From Octopus vulgaris (taxonomy: Eukaryota), in the NCBI GenBank assembly GCA_951406725.2, contig OX597815.1:177692001-177756000 (forward strand): DNA of 64,000 nt, written 5' to 3'. Both the position numbers and the translations under genes were made by a program. This document shows, piece by piece, positions 25,487 to 40,737 of the stretch (positions are counted from its first letter, which is position 1; each line of letters opens with the position of its first letter). The notes below the pieces were generated by a model that had not been told where the DNA came from, did not search any database, and worked only from the letters and a program-made list of their open reading frames with translations.

Positions 25487-25694
25487 ACACCGCCTTTAGT
25501 CGAACAAATCGAACCCAGGACTCATTCTTTGTAAGCCCGGTACTTATTCTAACGGACTATTCTGCCGAACCGCTAAGTTACGGGGACGTAAACACACCAA
25601 CATCGGTTGTCAAGCGACGGGTGGGGGCAGACAAATTCAGACACACAAACGCACAAACACACACGCGCGCGCGCGGAAACACACGAATACACAC

Positions 25695-25743
<49 letters not shown>

Positions 25744-25900
25744 GGCGGGCTTCTTTCAGTTTCCGTCTACTAAATCCAATCACAAGGCGTTGGTCGGTCC
25801 GAGGCTATAGTAGAAGACACTTGCGCAAAGTGCCACGCAGTGGGACTGAACCCGGAATCATATAGTTGGTAAGCAAGCTACTTACCACGCACCCACTTCT
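25487..25900 (-). mobile_element. SINE family 3 (tRNA head, CORE-like CCTTGGGCAAGT, internal microsatellite)
   Basis: Colinear with 26128-26542. Confidence 0.88.
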
Positions 25901-26127
25901 AAATTTTTGTATATTTAGATGATGACACTAACAAAGCAACCAAGTATTCTTTGGTTCCCTAATTCATTTGAGAAAGAATAAAATATTAGAGTGGCGAGTG
26001 ACGATCTCCGACTCGTCCACTATTTTTACTCAACGATATTGTAACATTGTTTACCTAAAATTGGGAGGATTTCAAGTATTTTAGCCAGTCATATCAACAG
26101 GAGAAACTATTACAGCATTAACTCTTT

Positions 26128-26336
26128 TACACTTTTACTTGTTTCAGTCATTTGACTGCGGCCATGCTGGAGCACCGCCTTTAGTCGAATCAACTCGACC
26201 CCAGGATTTAATCTTTGTAAGCCTAGTACTTATACTATCGGGCTCTTTTCCCGAACCGCTAAGTTACAGGGACGTAAACACACCAGCATCGGTTGTCAAG
26301 CGATGTTGGGGGGACAAACACAGATACACAATATAT

Positions 26337-26375
<39 letters not shown>

Positions 26376-26542
26376 TATATACGACGGGCTTCTTTCAGTT
26401 TCCATCTACCAAATCCACTCACAAGGCTTTGGTCGGCCCGAGGCTATAGGAGAAGTCACTTCCCCAAGTTGCCACGCAGTGGGACTGAACCCGGAACCAT
26501 GTGGTTCGTAAGCAAGCTACGTGCCACACAGCCACTCCTGCG
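26128..26542 (-). mobile_element. SINE family 3, full length, tail C
   Basis: Reverse complement: GCGCAGGAGTGGCTGTGTGG..GGGTTCAGTCCC..internal (TA)n..AAAGGCGGTGCTCCAGCATGGCCGCAGTCAAATGACTGAAACAAGTAAAA. Confidence 0.92.
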
Positions 26543-27323
26543 CATTGTGAATATTTTGCCAATATCTGTATTGAATGACTCCTCAAGTATTTAGCAGAGA
26601 AGTGAGGATGTGAACACACGTTTGTAATGCCATGTACAGAGACATGGCACGCAATTGCGCACATAAACACGCACGCATACACGCACATGTATACAAATAC
26701 GTACATAAGCGTTAGCGCGCATGAGTACGGGCGCACATATATACAATATGTGCGCGCGTGAGTGTGTGTGATGGGATTCGTCAATGAAATTACAAGAATT
26801 GGTGAATTAGGGGTAAATAAGGACGTCACGTACTCAATATAGCCCAGCCCAACTGCTATATCTCTCCTCTTTGAATATTTTTTAAAAACACCGAACGATA
26901 CAGAAGTATTATCGGATATAACATGTTTGAGTATTTAAAACCTTCTTTAATGCGAACCAAAGAGAAGGAACTTTAAACTAGTGGAAACAATTATTTTACA
27001 TTGAATCAACCCTACCAAATATTAAATATAAATCTCAGAATTCTCACCATGTGTAGGTATATCGATAAATACAGGTGACATGTACTAAACTTACCCCTGA
27101 AATTAAAACCGTCGTATTTACTGCGCGATATGTATAGCACGGCAGGTAAAGGGCAATAATGCAGTCAATTTTTTGAGGAATAATTATGACTGCGTGTGTG
27201 TATTTGATCCATATAAAATACGAATTCAATCTCACCGGTCATCAACAGTATATAACAGAGGTGCACATTGGAATTTTGATCTCATATATTGGTTTTTAAG
27301 AATAATATCTTGTTAAATATCCA

Positions 27324-27386
27324 TGTAATTTGTAATTTGTAATTTGTATTTGTAATTTGTAATTTGTAATTTGTAATTTGTAATTT
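27324..27386. repeat. (TGTAATT)n heptamer, ~9 copies
   Basis: Visible tandem repeat; possibly the 3' tail of a minus-strand retroposon. Confidence 0.9.
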
Positions 27387-27949
27387 AATCAAAGTCACGT
27401 CAGTTTTCTGAAGGTCACAACATTAGTAACCCCTATTGTGATCCCTATCTATAATTCTGTTACATGTTTAACAACGTAAGCCTACTTCGATATATATATA
27501 TACGCCTTCATTTTAATTTTCTTCCGATTGAATTCATGTACCATCAACTTTATTCGTAGCGTGCCAATGAGGGAGCCAGTAAGTGCCTGCACAGCATGTA
27601 AGAGACTGCAGTGAACTCATCCTCGAATGGCAGGCGCCGTTTTTAGATGTCACTTTTCCTGTTACAGCTCCATACATTTCATTCAAATATATTTTGCAAA
27701 ACATTTTCATATCTCTCTCTTATATATCTCTAAGGCATTTGCATTTTTATTTCTTATCTATTAAATTTTATCCCTTGTCTTGTTTTATAAACAGGATTAT
27801 GTCACTTGTGATGCTACAATATTAAAAATTAAAGATGAAAAGCCATTTAACATACAGCATTCATTGTATTTATTCCTCAAACTTCTTCTGTTTATGTAAT
27901 TTTAATACTTCATATATATTCCCGAATTTTCCTTCTCTACAATATTCTA

Positions 27950-28482
27950 AACCTTATCCTCATCCGTAGCATCCACTGGAGTGAATTCGTCACTGATGTC
28001 GAGGTCCTGGGTTACGCAAAGATTAACATCAAAGCTTAAGTCGCAGCTACGCACTGCAGGGCACTCTAACATGGCGGAGGATGATCGGCTTCCCACGCCG
28101 TATAGCAATCTTTACTCTGGTCACAATGATAGAGAAGCACCACAGAATAGGTAAAGACTCCTGAAAGTAATCCCTCAGCGCCTCCCCCATTGATCACCAC
28201 CGGTGACCTGTTCCTGCCGCTGACCCTAAAGCCCGGCGTCTCACTGCCCTCTACGCATCAGTCTCACTTGAAGACATCCGCCTCACTATCCTTGCAGGCA
28301 AGAGTATAAAGAGGAAAAACAAGGACCCTATAACAAACTCTGATCAGCCTTCCCAGCTTTCAACCCCATCCCACCCCACCTGTGATCTCTGTTATCCCGA
28401 ATTAGGCTCGGTGGCAACGACAGGCTTGCAGCAGACGGGCACAATCCTTTTCTGTTAATCGTTGTTCACAAAGCGAAGCCAA
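27950..28482 (+). mobile_element. RTE (BovB-like) LINE 3' end
   Basis: IHWSEFVTDVEVL, KSQLRTAGH, DDRLP, EAPQNR..KDS. Ends ..AAAGCGAAGCCAAG. Confidence 0.82.
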
Positions 28483-29467
28483 GCATTTGGAATAAAGCCC
28501 CTAGGAAAGCAGATATATCTGCTTGTAGGTAACGTAAGCTAAATGTGATTTGAACTGATACAAGAGGCTGAACAGAAGATTTTATACATCAAATCATTCC
28601 AGAATATTTGTTGGCATATATTTCATGCGATATCAGAATTATTGGCTTATTGTAATCAAATATTTTGTGGGGAAACCAACAAAATATATTTAATTTATTG
28701 ATTTTAGCAAGTAATTTTCATAATAATCAATCGTATTTTCTTAATGCTTGGACGTTAGCAATATTTACCTTCGTTTGTGAGATTATGATCAACATATCAA
28801 TTAATCTAAGATAAAGATAATAAACCAACAATAACAAGGAGAAAATTTAATTACTTTCTGAAATATCAAAGGGTTAATAAAACGATTTATTTCCAATTCC
28901 TGTTCTTCCCCTATCATGGCATTCATCACCATATTTAACAGCATTTCTAAATAGATAATTAAAAGTAATCTTCATGAACATAATTAAATATAATTATCGA
29001 TTTATATTGCTATGAACTACTAAATAGAAGCCGCAACCTAAGATGTTTCTTCTTTCCAATGCCATCAGAACTTGAAAATTATTAAAAATTTAGCTTTAGA
29101 CATATACAAGCAATATTTTCAAATTGAAAATATCCATCCTAATAACGCAAGTTCGAAGAAAGTTACTCGTCTAAAGGTTGAAACGACATCGAGCCGAAAT
29201 ATGAAGAGGTATCTATATTGCAATAAACGGCAAAATATATCTGAATATTAACAATTAATTGCTCAGCGATTAATTTTGCTGGTTTTGCTAATATTCTGAT
29301 GAAAGATGGTATTAAATTTAAATCCATGCATTCTATATGTGCAAGCATTTCAAAGCTGGTCTTACGCTTAATCTTACGAAATGTAGAAAACTAAAGCCTG
29401 GTACAATATTCCCCTCACACCTCGAAGATGGTAATCCAAATTAAAAATCGATATTGTTAAATATATG

Positions 29468-29775
29468 TTTCTTTATTAGCCACACAGGGCTGCACACAGA
29501 CGGGATAGATTACAAAGTAGAGCTTGGGGGGGAGTGGGGTATGCTTTCGATCAAGAGGTATCGTAAAAGGGAAAGAAAAAAAGGGAAAGAAAAAAGAAAA
29601 AAAGAGAAAAAATTATCAATAGGGATCGTGTATCACAGAACTGTCATAATGTAAAGTGTAAAGGGGAAAGCAGATAAGGTTTTTCCGTGGAAAGAAAAGC
29701 CTACGGAAAAGACCACAGTAACCTCGCTCAATAACGTTACATGTTACCACATTTGTTTGCAAGTAGGTAACCCTC
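29468..29775 (-). mobile_element. Retroposon 3' UTR fragment (possibly L1/Tx1) sharing its terminus with SINE-1 tail 1
   Basis: Reverse complement ends CCCGTCTGTGTGCAGCCCTGTGTGGCTAATAAAGAAA. The upstream sequence is not SINE core. Clade assignment is a guess. Confidence 0.55.
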
Positions 29776-30297
29776 TGTTTTAAATTTTTCCGGGTTCATA
29801 GGATTATGCTCAATGTGGCTTACAGTGATACAGATAAGCTTTTATACAATATCCTTGTTGCAATGTAATGTCATATTATCGGTTTTGGTTCCCAACCAAA
29901 GAACTGTCCCCTTTGCAATGAACTCTGCACAGTATAGACAAGAACAAAATGCATAGTTATAAATTCAGCAATGTGTACCACCGAAGTTAACTATGATCAA
30001 AGGACCGAAAAGTTCATACATAATTCTTATTGCATATCATTAATCGTCGGGAGGCTGACGAAGATATTTACACCTATCATTGCGATATCATATCAGGCAG
30101 GTTCTAATAAAATTCAAATTTATTGAATATCAGACCTGGAAGCATTTGAATGCAGGATCAATAACGCTGAAACGAAATGTATTGTTTAAAATTCCCTCTA
30201 ATTCTCTCTCTCACACTTTAGCACTTTCTCTCTTTTTCTCTTTCGCCCTCTCTCTATGTTACTGTCAATCTGTCAATAACTCACACACACATAGATA

Positions 30298-30299
<2 letters not shown>

Positions 30300-30335
<36 letters not shown>

Positions 30336-30399
30336 TATATATGTGTATATATATATATGCCATGTACATATATGTATATATATATATATATATATATAA

Positions 30400-30482
<83 letters not shown>

Positions 30483-30485
30483 ATG
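30300..30485. repeat. (TA)n/(GT)n microsatellite
   Basis: Visible simple repeats. Confidence 0.97.
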
Positions 30486-31166
30486 CCATATCTATAGGTT
30501 TTGTAAATGAATGAATCTGTAGTACGATCATATACACGCAAATCAAATGCTTTGATGGTAGGCCTCATCTGCGCAGAATCAAATCCGTAACGAGTAACCT
30601 AGATAGGTCGTTAATTATAAGAACTAAAAAGTATAACATAAATGGAGCAGAAAATTTTCGGAAATTAAATCGATAAATGTTTATACATTATTTATAGAGG
30701 AATTGATTCTTTAACCCAAATGCATGAACTATGCATAAATTAAATAAAAAATGATATAATGCTAGATATCTTAGCTCCAGATATATAACTCTTAATTCTT
30801 CTTAACTAACACATGAAATCATGCAAATGATAGGGTCATTTAACAAAATAAAACCACAAAACAGAAACGTATTGATATAATGTGTATTTAGTATAGGCCT
30901 GAAAACGGAGACACACATAAGGATGATATTCCGAGTAGATTACTTTCTGTCAGTAAATCTAAAATCCGCAACATTAAGAGAATAGAAAAAACTTCGAGGG
31001 CATTAACAAGCATGATGTTGTTATAATTGTAAAAATGAATATCTAGAAATTTACAGTTATAAATTTGCGTAGCAAGATTCTTGGTATAAAATTGTGTGTG
31101 GAAACCGATAATGTTGTATTTCGGGATACTCTTTTTTAAAAAAAATTTTGGTGGTGAGGAGCGAAT

Positions 31167-31488
31167 AAACACACGTACTATATAAATTTTTCCTTCACTC
31201 GTTTATTACTGTTCTTATTTTATTATTTTAATTGATGTCCCTTGTCCGAAAATTTTACGTCACACATCTTTGACCTCTTCAGCGGCACTTTTTTTTATTC
31301 TCGTGTATGTTCCTGCTCCAATTGTCCCATTCTGTTCTGGAGTAAATGGAGCAAGAACACAAACGAAAACAAAAAGTGTCGCTGAAGAGGTCACAGATGT
31401 GTGACAAAAGATTACCTGACAATGGACATCAATTAAAATAATAAAATAAGAACGAGTGAAGGAAAATATATATATAGTGCGTGTGTTT
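31167..31488. mobile_element. ~320-bp fold-back element with a hammerhead-like motif in each arm
   Basis: Arms ~31167-31320 and ~31347-31488. The right arm has TGTCG-CTGAAGA-GGTCACA gatg TGTGAC-aAAA..TGACA (31377-31421). Confidence 0.75.
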
Positions 31489-31599
31489 GTTTGGCCCCCA
31501 CCCAAACAAAAATGACCATCCGGAACTTGAGAAATGTCTTCCATGTTTTAACTGTTCCACTCAGAGATTTAACTAGTAACGTACGAATTAACCGGTCGT

Positions 31600-31653
31600 T
31601 GTATGTATGTATGTATATATGTACGTATATATGTATGTATGTATATATGTACG

Positions 31654-31687
<34 letters not shown>

Positions 31688-32020
31688 TGTATGTATGTAT
31701 GTATGTATGTATGTATGTATGTATGTATGTATGTATGTATGTACGCATGTGTGCTGAATTGGTGCCCATGTTATAGGACCTCGAAAGGATGAAAGGCAAT
31801 GTCGACTTCGGGTGAATTTGAACTCACAACATCGAGACGTAGGAAGTGCCGCTGAGCATTTTGCTTGGCTTGTTAATGATTGCTGCCTTCTTTATCAAAT
31901 TAATGTTATTATTTATATTTTTTCTACTCTAGACACAGGGCCCGGTGCCAGTCGATTAGATCGATCCCTGTATGCAGCTTGTACCTAATTTATTGCACCC
32001 GAAAAGATGACAGGCAAATT
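31600..32020 (-). mobile_element. (TATG)n followed by degenerate SINE family 1 pieces
   Basis: GAAAGGATGAAAGGCAATGTCGAC..GAATTTGAACTCAC at ~31783-31828; tail-2-like piece ~31922-32020. Confidence 0.75.
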
Positions 32021-32560
32021 GTTTATATAGACGATACCGTTTTTATTTACTTCATTTGAGAAGAACATGAAATTAATTATGATGTCTTAAGTTACGATTA
32101 TTTTGTGGCTTGTTTTCCTCTGCAAATATCAAATATTTATTTTTACAGGAAAACTTTATAGAATATGATCTTCTAGAAGACATCATGTAATGTGATTGGT
32201 AATTAGCAGGGATTGGGGCTCGTCAAGATATGAAAATAATTAGAAACTCACTAACGTTAATCTGCAAAAGTTTTCATAATTCGAAAACAGAAATATGCTA
32301 CAATTCTATGGTAGACAATATTGTTCTCCTCGTGAAACATTGGTTTTACGCAGCAATAACTGAAACAAACATAATTTTCTAAATATAGAAGTTAGTTATT
32401 CATAAATTATGATGTCCCAATTTTAAATGGATTATTTAGTGAGAGTGTTATGGTTCTGTGTTTCATAAGATGGCAAATTTCGTTTTTCCGGTTTATGTCA
32501 AAGGACAAAACACTTGCGTGTCTCATCGCAATTTCTTTCCTAAACTCTCTTGTAAGATAA

Positions 32561-32946
<386 letters not shown>

Positions 32947-35735
32947 CATCTTACATCATTCGTTCTCAAACTTAGTTAAATTTACTGACACTCTCAGAAA
33001 ATAACGATTTGCAAAATCCAGTTCTATATCACAATGGTCTTTTCACTTCCTTCTTATATTACATCTTCCATGATTATTCTCGTCAATTATCTAAATTCAT
33101 TAAATTAATTCATGCCTCCCTATTTTCGCATGATTTACACTTTTTCTCCTATTCTTCTTGGTTTTGCTTGTTATCATTACGGTGCTTCTTTTCAGCGCTT
33201 AATTCCGTTGCATATCTACTCCTAACCATAATAAGACTTGCTTCAGGATCTCAAATCTCTTCAATTTTCTCTATTAAATCAATAGCAACGATACAATAGA
33301 TATTACTTGCATGTCTAGGTTCTGTTTTAAAATTTCTTTCAAATTACTAATGGATTTCTATCATTATATATTCCAGAGATGCAATGATGAGGCCTGTAAA
33401 TGATGCCGCTCTTCTTTCGCGCCACAGCTGTTTTAAATAAGTTAGTTGCCAACAGGAACGAGACATGTTCATGAGTTTATAATATTTCAATTATAATATT
33501 TATAATTGTAATATTTAATTATAGTATTTAAATCTTTTCATGATGCTACATAATGCTCCTTGTCCACACCTACACAAACTTACTTAGGTTAAACATTTTT
33601 TAGACGCATGATGGCCTTTCAAGTATTTTTATCCTGAAGTTGCAAATCTGCTCAACACATTTTCTCCATTCACTTGATTTTGATCGAGTACGTGAAACTT
33701 GGCTTAAGTATTTAATTACAATAGTGAAAGACTTTGATTTCAGAATCGATAGATTTGAATCAAATACATATACTGTTTAACATGATGCACTATTGAAGTC
33801 TTATATTCCTAGGGGATTTTATAATGGATTAAACAGTATCCCTTTCATTTCGACACAAATCAAATGCTAGTGTGACATTGCGAAACATTTCACCAAATAT
33901 TTCAGTATTCGGAATATTATCGTTGCATTTTTGTTCGACTGATTCGCCTCATTCACTTTTTACTCGAATAAGACATATAGCTAAACAATACTTGAATATA
34001 AAACAAAACTTAAGTCATTGTCATTCAGTTTAGTGGTTCGATTCTTTCACAGTGCTATGCAGCAATAGAGTGTTCTGAGATATTTTCTTTTAGAGATACA
34101 AAGACTTTAATTTTTGAAAAATTTTCTGTTACATGATTGTTTAAATAATTTTGCATTTATAATATAAGTTATATGTAATTCTTTTGGCCTTGTTCTGGTT
34201 CATGATACATGATACACCATTTCTGAAGATGTTTTGTAAATATTCAACTCAGTTACTTAAAAATAAAATTATTGAGAGTATAGTTATAACTGTTTTCGTT
34301 TGATTAATACGATGCCTTATTTAATTTATTTAATAATATTTCGGGCATTTTAGTTAACGATTCTCTGGATAGATATTTTAAATAGTGTATGATTGCCTTT
34401 GTGCTGTTTTTTCTTTGATACATTTCTAATTTTTCAATTCTTTTATTCATCCCTTATATTTTGCTACCCTAATTTCCTTTAACATTGCCGCTGGTCAATC
34501 CATCCTGTACTATTTCCTATTTCGTTTCCATCTTCTGTTGTACATCACGTTTATGTTGTCGCTTTACCAAGAAAAATAGTTGCTGATATTTGTTAAGGTA
34601 GCTGTTACTTATTCATCTTCTGCATGTTAATGTGACAAGAAGTTTTCTAATCTTTCTGTTATGATAGAAGTTCTACAAATCCAATTCAGCTTCATATTTT
34701 CATCTTTAACATAGCTGCATGCTAACTGATAGGTGCTGACATTTTGTTATTATTTTCTAGAAAACCGACTGTCTGTTGCCTCGAACATTATTTGGTAATG
34801 TCTGTACATTCTGATGTGTCCGGTTGCTGTAGCGAAGGAAGAATCTCAAGGGCTCTTCACCCTCACTTTTTTAATTTAATATTTTACTTTAGATTCTCCT
34901 CCAGTTAATACTTTAAAAAATTCAACAAACTCACCTTTATTAGTATTCACTAAAAATAATAAAATTCCAAAACTAGATACCGTTTTCTATATGAAGCACA
35001 CACACTCTCACATTCACACACACACAGATTACATATGCACTTAAACACAGGCTCACACTAACATTTTAATATTTTCCAAACTGTTCATTTGTTATTGAGC
35101 ACAGCAAGTAATAATGGATTAGCACGGCCGTAACAATTTTCTGTATAATATAAGCTAAGCTAAGCTGTACACAGAATGGATATACCGTTCATTTATTTGA
35201 CTCCACTACTTCACGGTTCCTTATTTCACCAACAGCAACAAGAGGAGAGTCAAAGTCCACACAGTGAGGATTTAAAATAAAACACAAAGGAACGTAACAT
35301 AATAGCGCAAGGAATGTTGTCTTGTCCAAACACTGCATTGATTGTGCTGTCGGGCGTTATAAGAAGAGGAATTTTCACTAATTTACAAGTGCGATAATTT
35401 CATTAAGAATTGTCAAGAATTATCAGATACGACATCATGAATAATTATTGAATTTATAGTTATTCCTACAATCCCGTTCATGTAAATAAAATAAGTGTAA
35501 TTAATTAAGTCCAATTTGTGTTAGCTGTTGGAGTTGTCAACTTGAATTTATAATATTCAAATTATTCACAAAGTATCGACTTATTATTTACTTCTGCTAA
35601 TTCTGCTGATACTCTAGCGCGCGCATTAATCATATAATATTTTCGCACAGACACACACATACACACCTACATAACAACTAATATACGTGTTTGCACATAT
35701 ATTTATATATTTACACACACTTGAGCATGAGAATC

Positions 35736-36220
<485 letters not shown>

Positions 36221-36854
36221 CATTGTGTACGAATATTTGTGTGTGGGGGTTGTAAATAAGCGCATGATTTTTTCTGTGATTTGCGCTGATATGCACTGTT
36301 TGAAATAATTAATTTCTGTTATCTTTCACATTCCTAGTCATCTTATAATACTGTTGAAAAATGTTCTCCAAGCAATATTTACCAACTGTTCGTTTTTGTG
36401 TATGATGAATATCATATCTAATATTAATAATATACGCACCTTTATTTATATCGTTCTTGCTTCTGTTTGGAATTTTTTTGTGAGAAGTTTCTACGAATTT
36501 CCCACTGGTTTATTGCTGAAATGGTCACTTCAGTAGCACATACCGAACAAGAAATCATTTAATGATGTTCTCGTCATATGATTCTGTATGTATAATATAT
36601 AAACAAAATATAAAGTAGTATTTACATAACTGAATGTTTCCGATAAGCTAAACATGAAAATACAACGGAATGTAACATTGCTTGAAACTAAGCTTCAGCC
36701 ACATGGAGAAGGTTTGCGGACATAGTTGATTTAATATCTTAGAATTCTTTGCACGGATAACATGTTAGCACTTAACCAATAAGAAAATGCCTGATTGTTG
36801 CCTTGCTTCTTTAAGGCTTAAATGATTTTATGCTTGATTATATATATTGAGACA

Positions 36855-36878
36855 TATGTATGTATGTATGTATGTATT

Positions 36879-36916
<38 letters not shown>

Positions 36917-37001
36917 TATAAATATATATATATATGTGCACGTATATATTTGTGTATATATATATATGTATGTATATATGTATGTATATATATAAGTATA
37001 C

Positions 37002-37050
<49 letters not shown>

Positions 37051-37076
37051 TAAATATATATCTATATCTATATCTA

Positions 37077-37120
<44 letters not shown>
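36855..37120. repeat. Compound (TA)n microsatellite
   Basis: Visible. Confidence 0.97.
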
Positions 37121-37124
<4 letters not shown>

Positions 37125-37265
37125 ACAAACAGGTTTCAAAGAAAAAAAGATTACATGTTCTATAAATAGGGGAAAATTAAAAAGAAACAAAGATATATAC
37201 ATAGAAGTAAATTTTCTGACGTTGAAATAAGAATTATAAAAATCATTATTATGAGTCATTATAAA

Positions 37266-37305
37266 AAAGTCATACCGGTTTCGCCAATAGCTGCTCCCTG
37301 ACTTT
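37266..37305 (-). ncRNA. Degenerate hammerhead-shaped motif
   Basis: Reverse complement AAAGTCA-ggGAGcA-GCTattGGC-GAAA-CCGG-TA-TGACTTT: 7-bp helix I and ACCGGT palindrome, but three core mismatches. Confidence 0.45.
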
Positions 37306-38489
37306 GTATCAAAACCTATTCCAAATCGGTATTGGGTCTCCTCCATCCTTCTCTAATTTCCTTTTCTTCTTTTCACCGTTTTCTATTTCTCTCTCTCTGT
37401 CTCCCGCTTTCTCTTTTTGTCTCTCTCTCTCTCGTTACCATCGTCTATCTTTCTTTACCTCATGTGACCATCTTTCTTTTCCTGCACGACGTTCTAAGGG
37501 CTGGACGTTTTCTTTCTCTCTCCTCTATCTTTTCTCTTTTCAAAGAAAATATTTCTCCCAGCGTTCACTATTTTTCACTTGTTCTGGTCTAACGACCCTC
37601 CATCATGTTTTCACTCGGTTTCCTTGTATGTCTCCACAGCCCTGATTTTTTTCCCAACTTGGACCCTCCATAAATCCAAACTTTTGTTTTGGAATTTATT
37701 GGAGCAACTTTCTTGAAGACTCATATTGTCGTTGAATGCTCAAAATGTATAGATAGACAGCCGATAAATATAGAATTGGTTAACTATATCCAAGAAGCAG
37801 ATACCAAAATATGCAAGTATAATACACATCGAAGCTAATTCCTAATGCGTGGCAACTAGATCTAAATATCATTCCGGGAAATTCAATGTATTAAACAACA
37901 AATATACGTATAGATAAAATCACAACTTTAATTGAAGATTTCACCTCAGAAAGTCGAAGATGGTCTCCATAGTATTCACGTATTACGATATAGAACATAT
38001 CATTGGCATTAACATTTCCGAAAATACTTTGAGTTTAACTAATTTTGCATCGTCTTGGAAACGTTTGTGTTAGTATATATGTTCGGGAATATGAATTTCA
38101 ACGTCATTCGATACATCTAAATGTTAACACACTAGAAATAATTGTTCGCTTTGTAAGGTAAAATCTACAATTAAAGCTCTGATTTTCTGCATGCTTATTT
38201 TTGTTATATATATTTATATATGTATATTTGGAGAGAATAATTTTTTTCAAAGAGTTTAGATCGAGAAAATAAACTTTTTAGAAAGTAAAATATTTATTCA
38301 TATTGCAAATGGTGCTGATGGTTCCACTGTGTATGCAACAGGCAATTTCATAGGGAATTTATAAAATAGTCTCGTGTACCCCTAATGTATGTTCAGCCAT
38401 TGCGTAAATTTGTCCCTATAGATTGCCCTAATGGCTCTACCACCACAGTACCATTCATTTAGCAAGCATCTGTTACATATTATATGCTA

Positions 38490-38711
38490 CATACACACAC
38501 AAACACACAAATACACACACACAAAATTATATGTATATGTACGCATTTATATATATTTGTATATATATATATATATAAATGTGTGTATGTGTCTGTATAT
38601 ATGTGGATACAGATATACAGGGATATATATTCTTATATCCCTGCATGCACATACACACATACACATATTCTTACATACAGTGATATACATATATGTATAA
38701 ATATATATATG

Positions 38712-38761
<50 letters not shown>

Positions 38762-38852
38762 TATACATATACACAGATCCGTATATATATATGTGGATAC
38801 GATACATGCACACATATATTTTTGATTGTGTAAGTGCGTGTATGTATGTGTG

Positions 38853-38929
<77 letters not shown>

Positions 38930-38930
38930 A
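38490..38930. repeat. Compound (CA)/(TA)/(GT) microsatellite region
   Basis: Visible. Confidence 0.95.
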
Positions 38931-39524
38931 TGCAGGCGTGCACATACATGAACGAAAGCCTTAGTATTCCAATTACAGTGAAATAAAAAAGAAAAAAAAT
39001 TGTGAAGCAGATTCGCATGTTATTTCAGACTGAAATGGAGAGAGAGAAAACGGTGCTAATTCAAAGATCATATTGAAGTACCATATTAAAGGGAAGGAAT
39101 GATGATGAGAGTAAGGAGGACTAAAAAAAGTGACGAAGGAAAATTTGTATTTAAAACGGTCATAATTGAAATAAACACGTATAAAAAAATACCTCAAAAT
39201 AAGAAATGCAAATTTCAAAATATAGTTATAAAAAAAGTAGGCTTCATTTCTGAAAGCACTTACTTATTCAGAAATCAAAGACTTGCTCCTTCTTAAGATG
39301 TTTCTGAAAAGTTCTTGGCAAAACTTGTGAAGTTGGACGTTGTGGATTAGTTCCAATCATTAAGTGGCTATAAATGCTTTTCCACTAGTATCAAACTCAG
39401 ATGAGTACTTGAAGAGTCACGTGTCGATCGAACCTGTATGATAGTATATGTGACTAAATATATTTGTTTACATTTTCTTTTGCGTACAAATATGTGTGTG
39501 TGTATGTAAGTGTGTATGTATGTA

Positions 39525-39561
<37 letters not shown>

Positions 39562-39866
39562 TTATATTTCACGTCGCAGCTGAGATACTAAGAGAAAGAA
39601 TTCTATTTTATAGAGAAACAAATTTCAGTTTCTACAAAAAATTTTAAAAAAGTGACATAGAAAGTTTGTAGGTTAAAAATATATTAAATTTGTACATTTT
39701 AGGAATTTCCCCTACCAGCTATTAAGGCCGCTATGAATTTAATATCAGTTTCTTTGTTTTGCTATTAGACCCAAAAACATTCTCTGTAGATGATGCAAAT
39801 TGTATCATATGTCGGTGGAAACTGCCTCCATTTCCTTTCAGCAAGCTGTGATAAATTTACAGCATG

Positions 39867-39913
<47 letters not shown>

Positions 39914-39914
<1 letters not shown>

Positions 39915-40214
39915 CACCGTGACCGACCAGGCTATCAGATGTTGCTACACATCGCTGGTCACAATGCGCTTCGCATTGTTTTAGCCATCAAATGATGCCA
40001 CCAAGCTGGCTAAGCGAGCAGGCCAACAGAAGAAAGAGTGACAGAAAGTTGTAGCGAAAGGGTACAGTAGGGATCGCCACCACCCACTGCCGGAGCCTCG
40101 GGGAGCTTTCAGTGTTTTTGCTCAATAAACACTCACAACCTCCGGTCTGGGAATGGAAACCACGACCCTACGACCGCGAGTCCGCTGCCCTAATCATTGG
40201 GCCATTGCGCCTCC
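39914..40214 (-). mobile_element. SINE family 2, full length, tail A
   Basis: Reverse complement is colinear with 6203-6505. Confidence 0.92.
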
Positions 40215-40242
40215 ATACACACACACACACACACAAACACAC

Positions 40243-40361
<119 letters not shown>

Positions 40362-40364
40362 TTA

Positions 40365-40680
40365 CGTTCTTCAGTTCGATGTACTGAGAAACGGTGCGAA
40401 AGCATGACAACTACCTAAATTGGTGAGACTGCCCGCAGAATAGGAGAACGTATAGGTGACAATGGCGAGAGCTCAATGAAGGGAAAAGCGCGTCAGTGCT
40501 GTACCAACATACTCAGGCAGCATATGGAGGCTCGATTAATAGCAGAGAGGTTAATGTTCAATCGATACACAGAAATGGTACCACACTTAAACAGATTGCA
40601 GAGGCTACACACATAACAGACCGAGCTTCAAAGTAAACACGAATGGAACAGTAATATCCAACATCACACCACACCACATG
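40365..40680 (+). mobile_element. Penelope-like GIY-YIG endonuclease C-terminal remnant
   Basis: CTEKRCESMTTT*IGETARRIGERIGD, then SVLYQHTQAAYGG, TLKQIAEATHI, EWNS. Fits YIGET.R...R..EH and RQ..EA..I..EW. Confidence 0.75.
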
Positions 40681-40737
40681 ACTAAAGACAATAGGAATGA
40701 GAAGAGAAAGGGGAAATGAGAAAACAAAAACGCAAAA

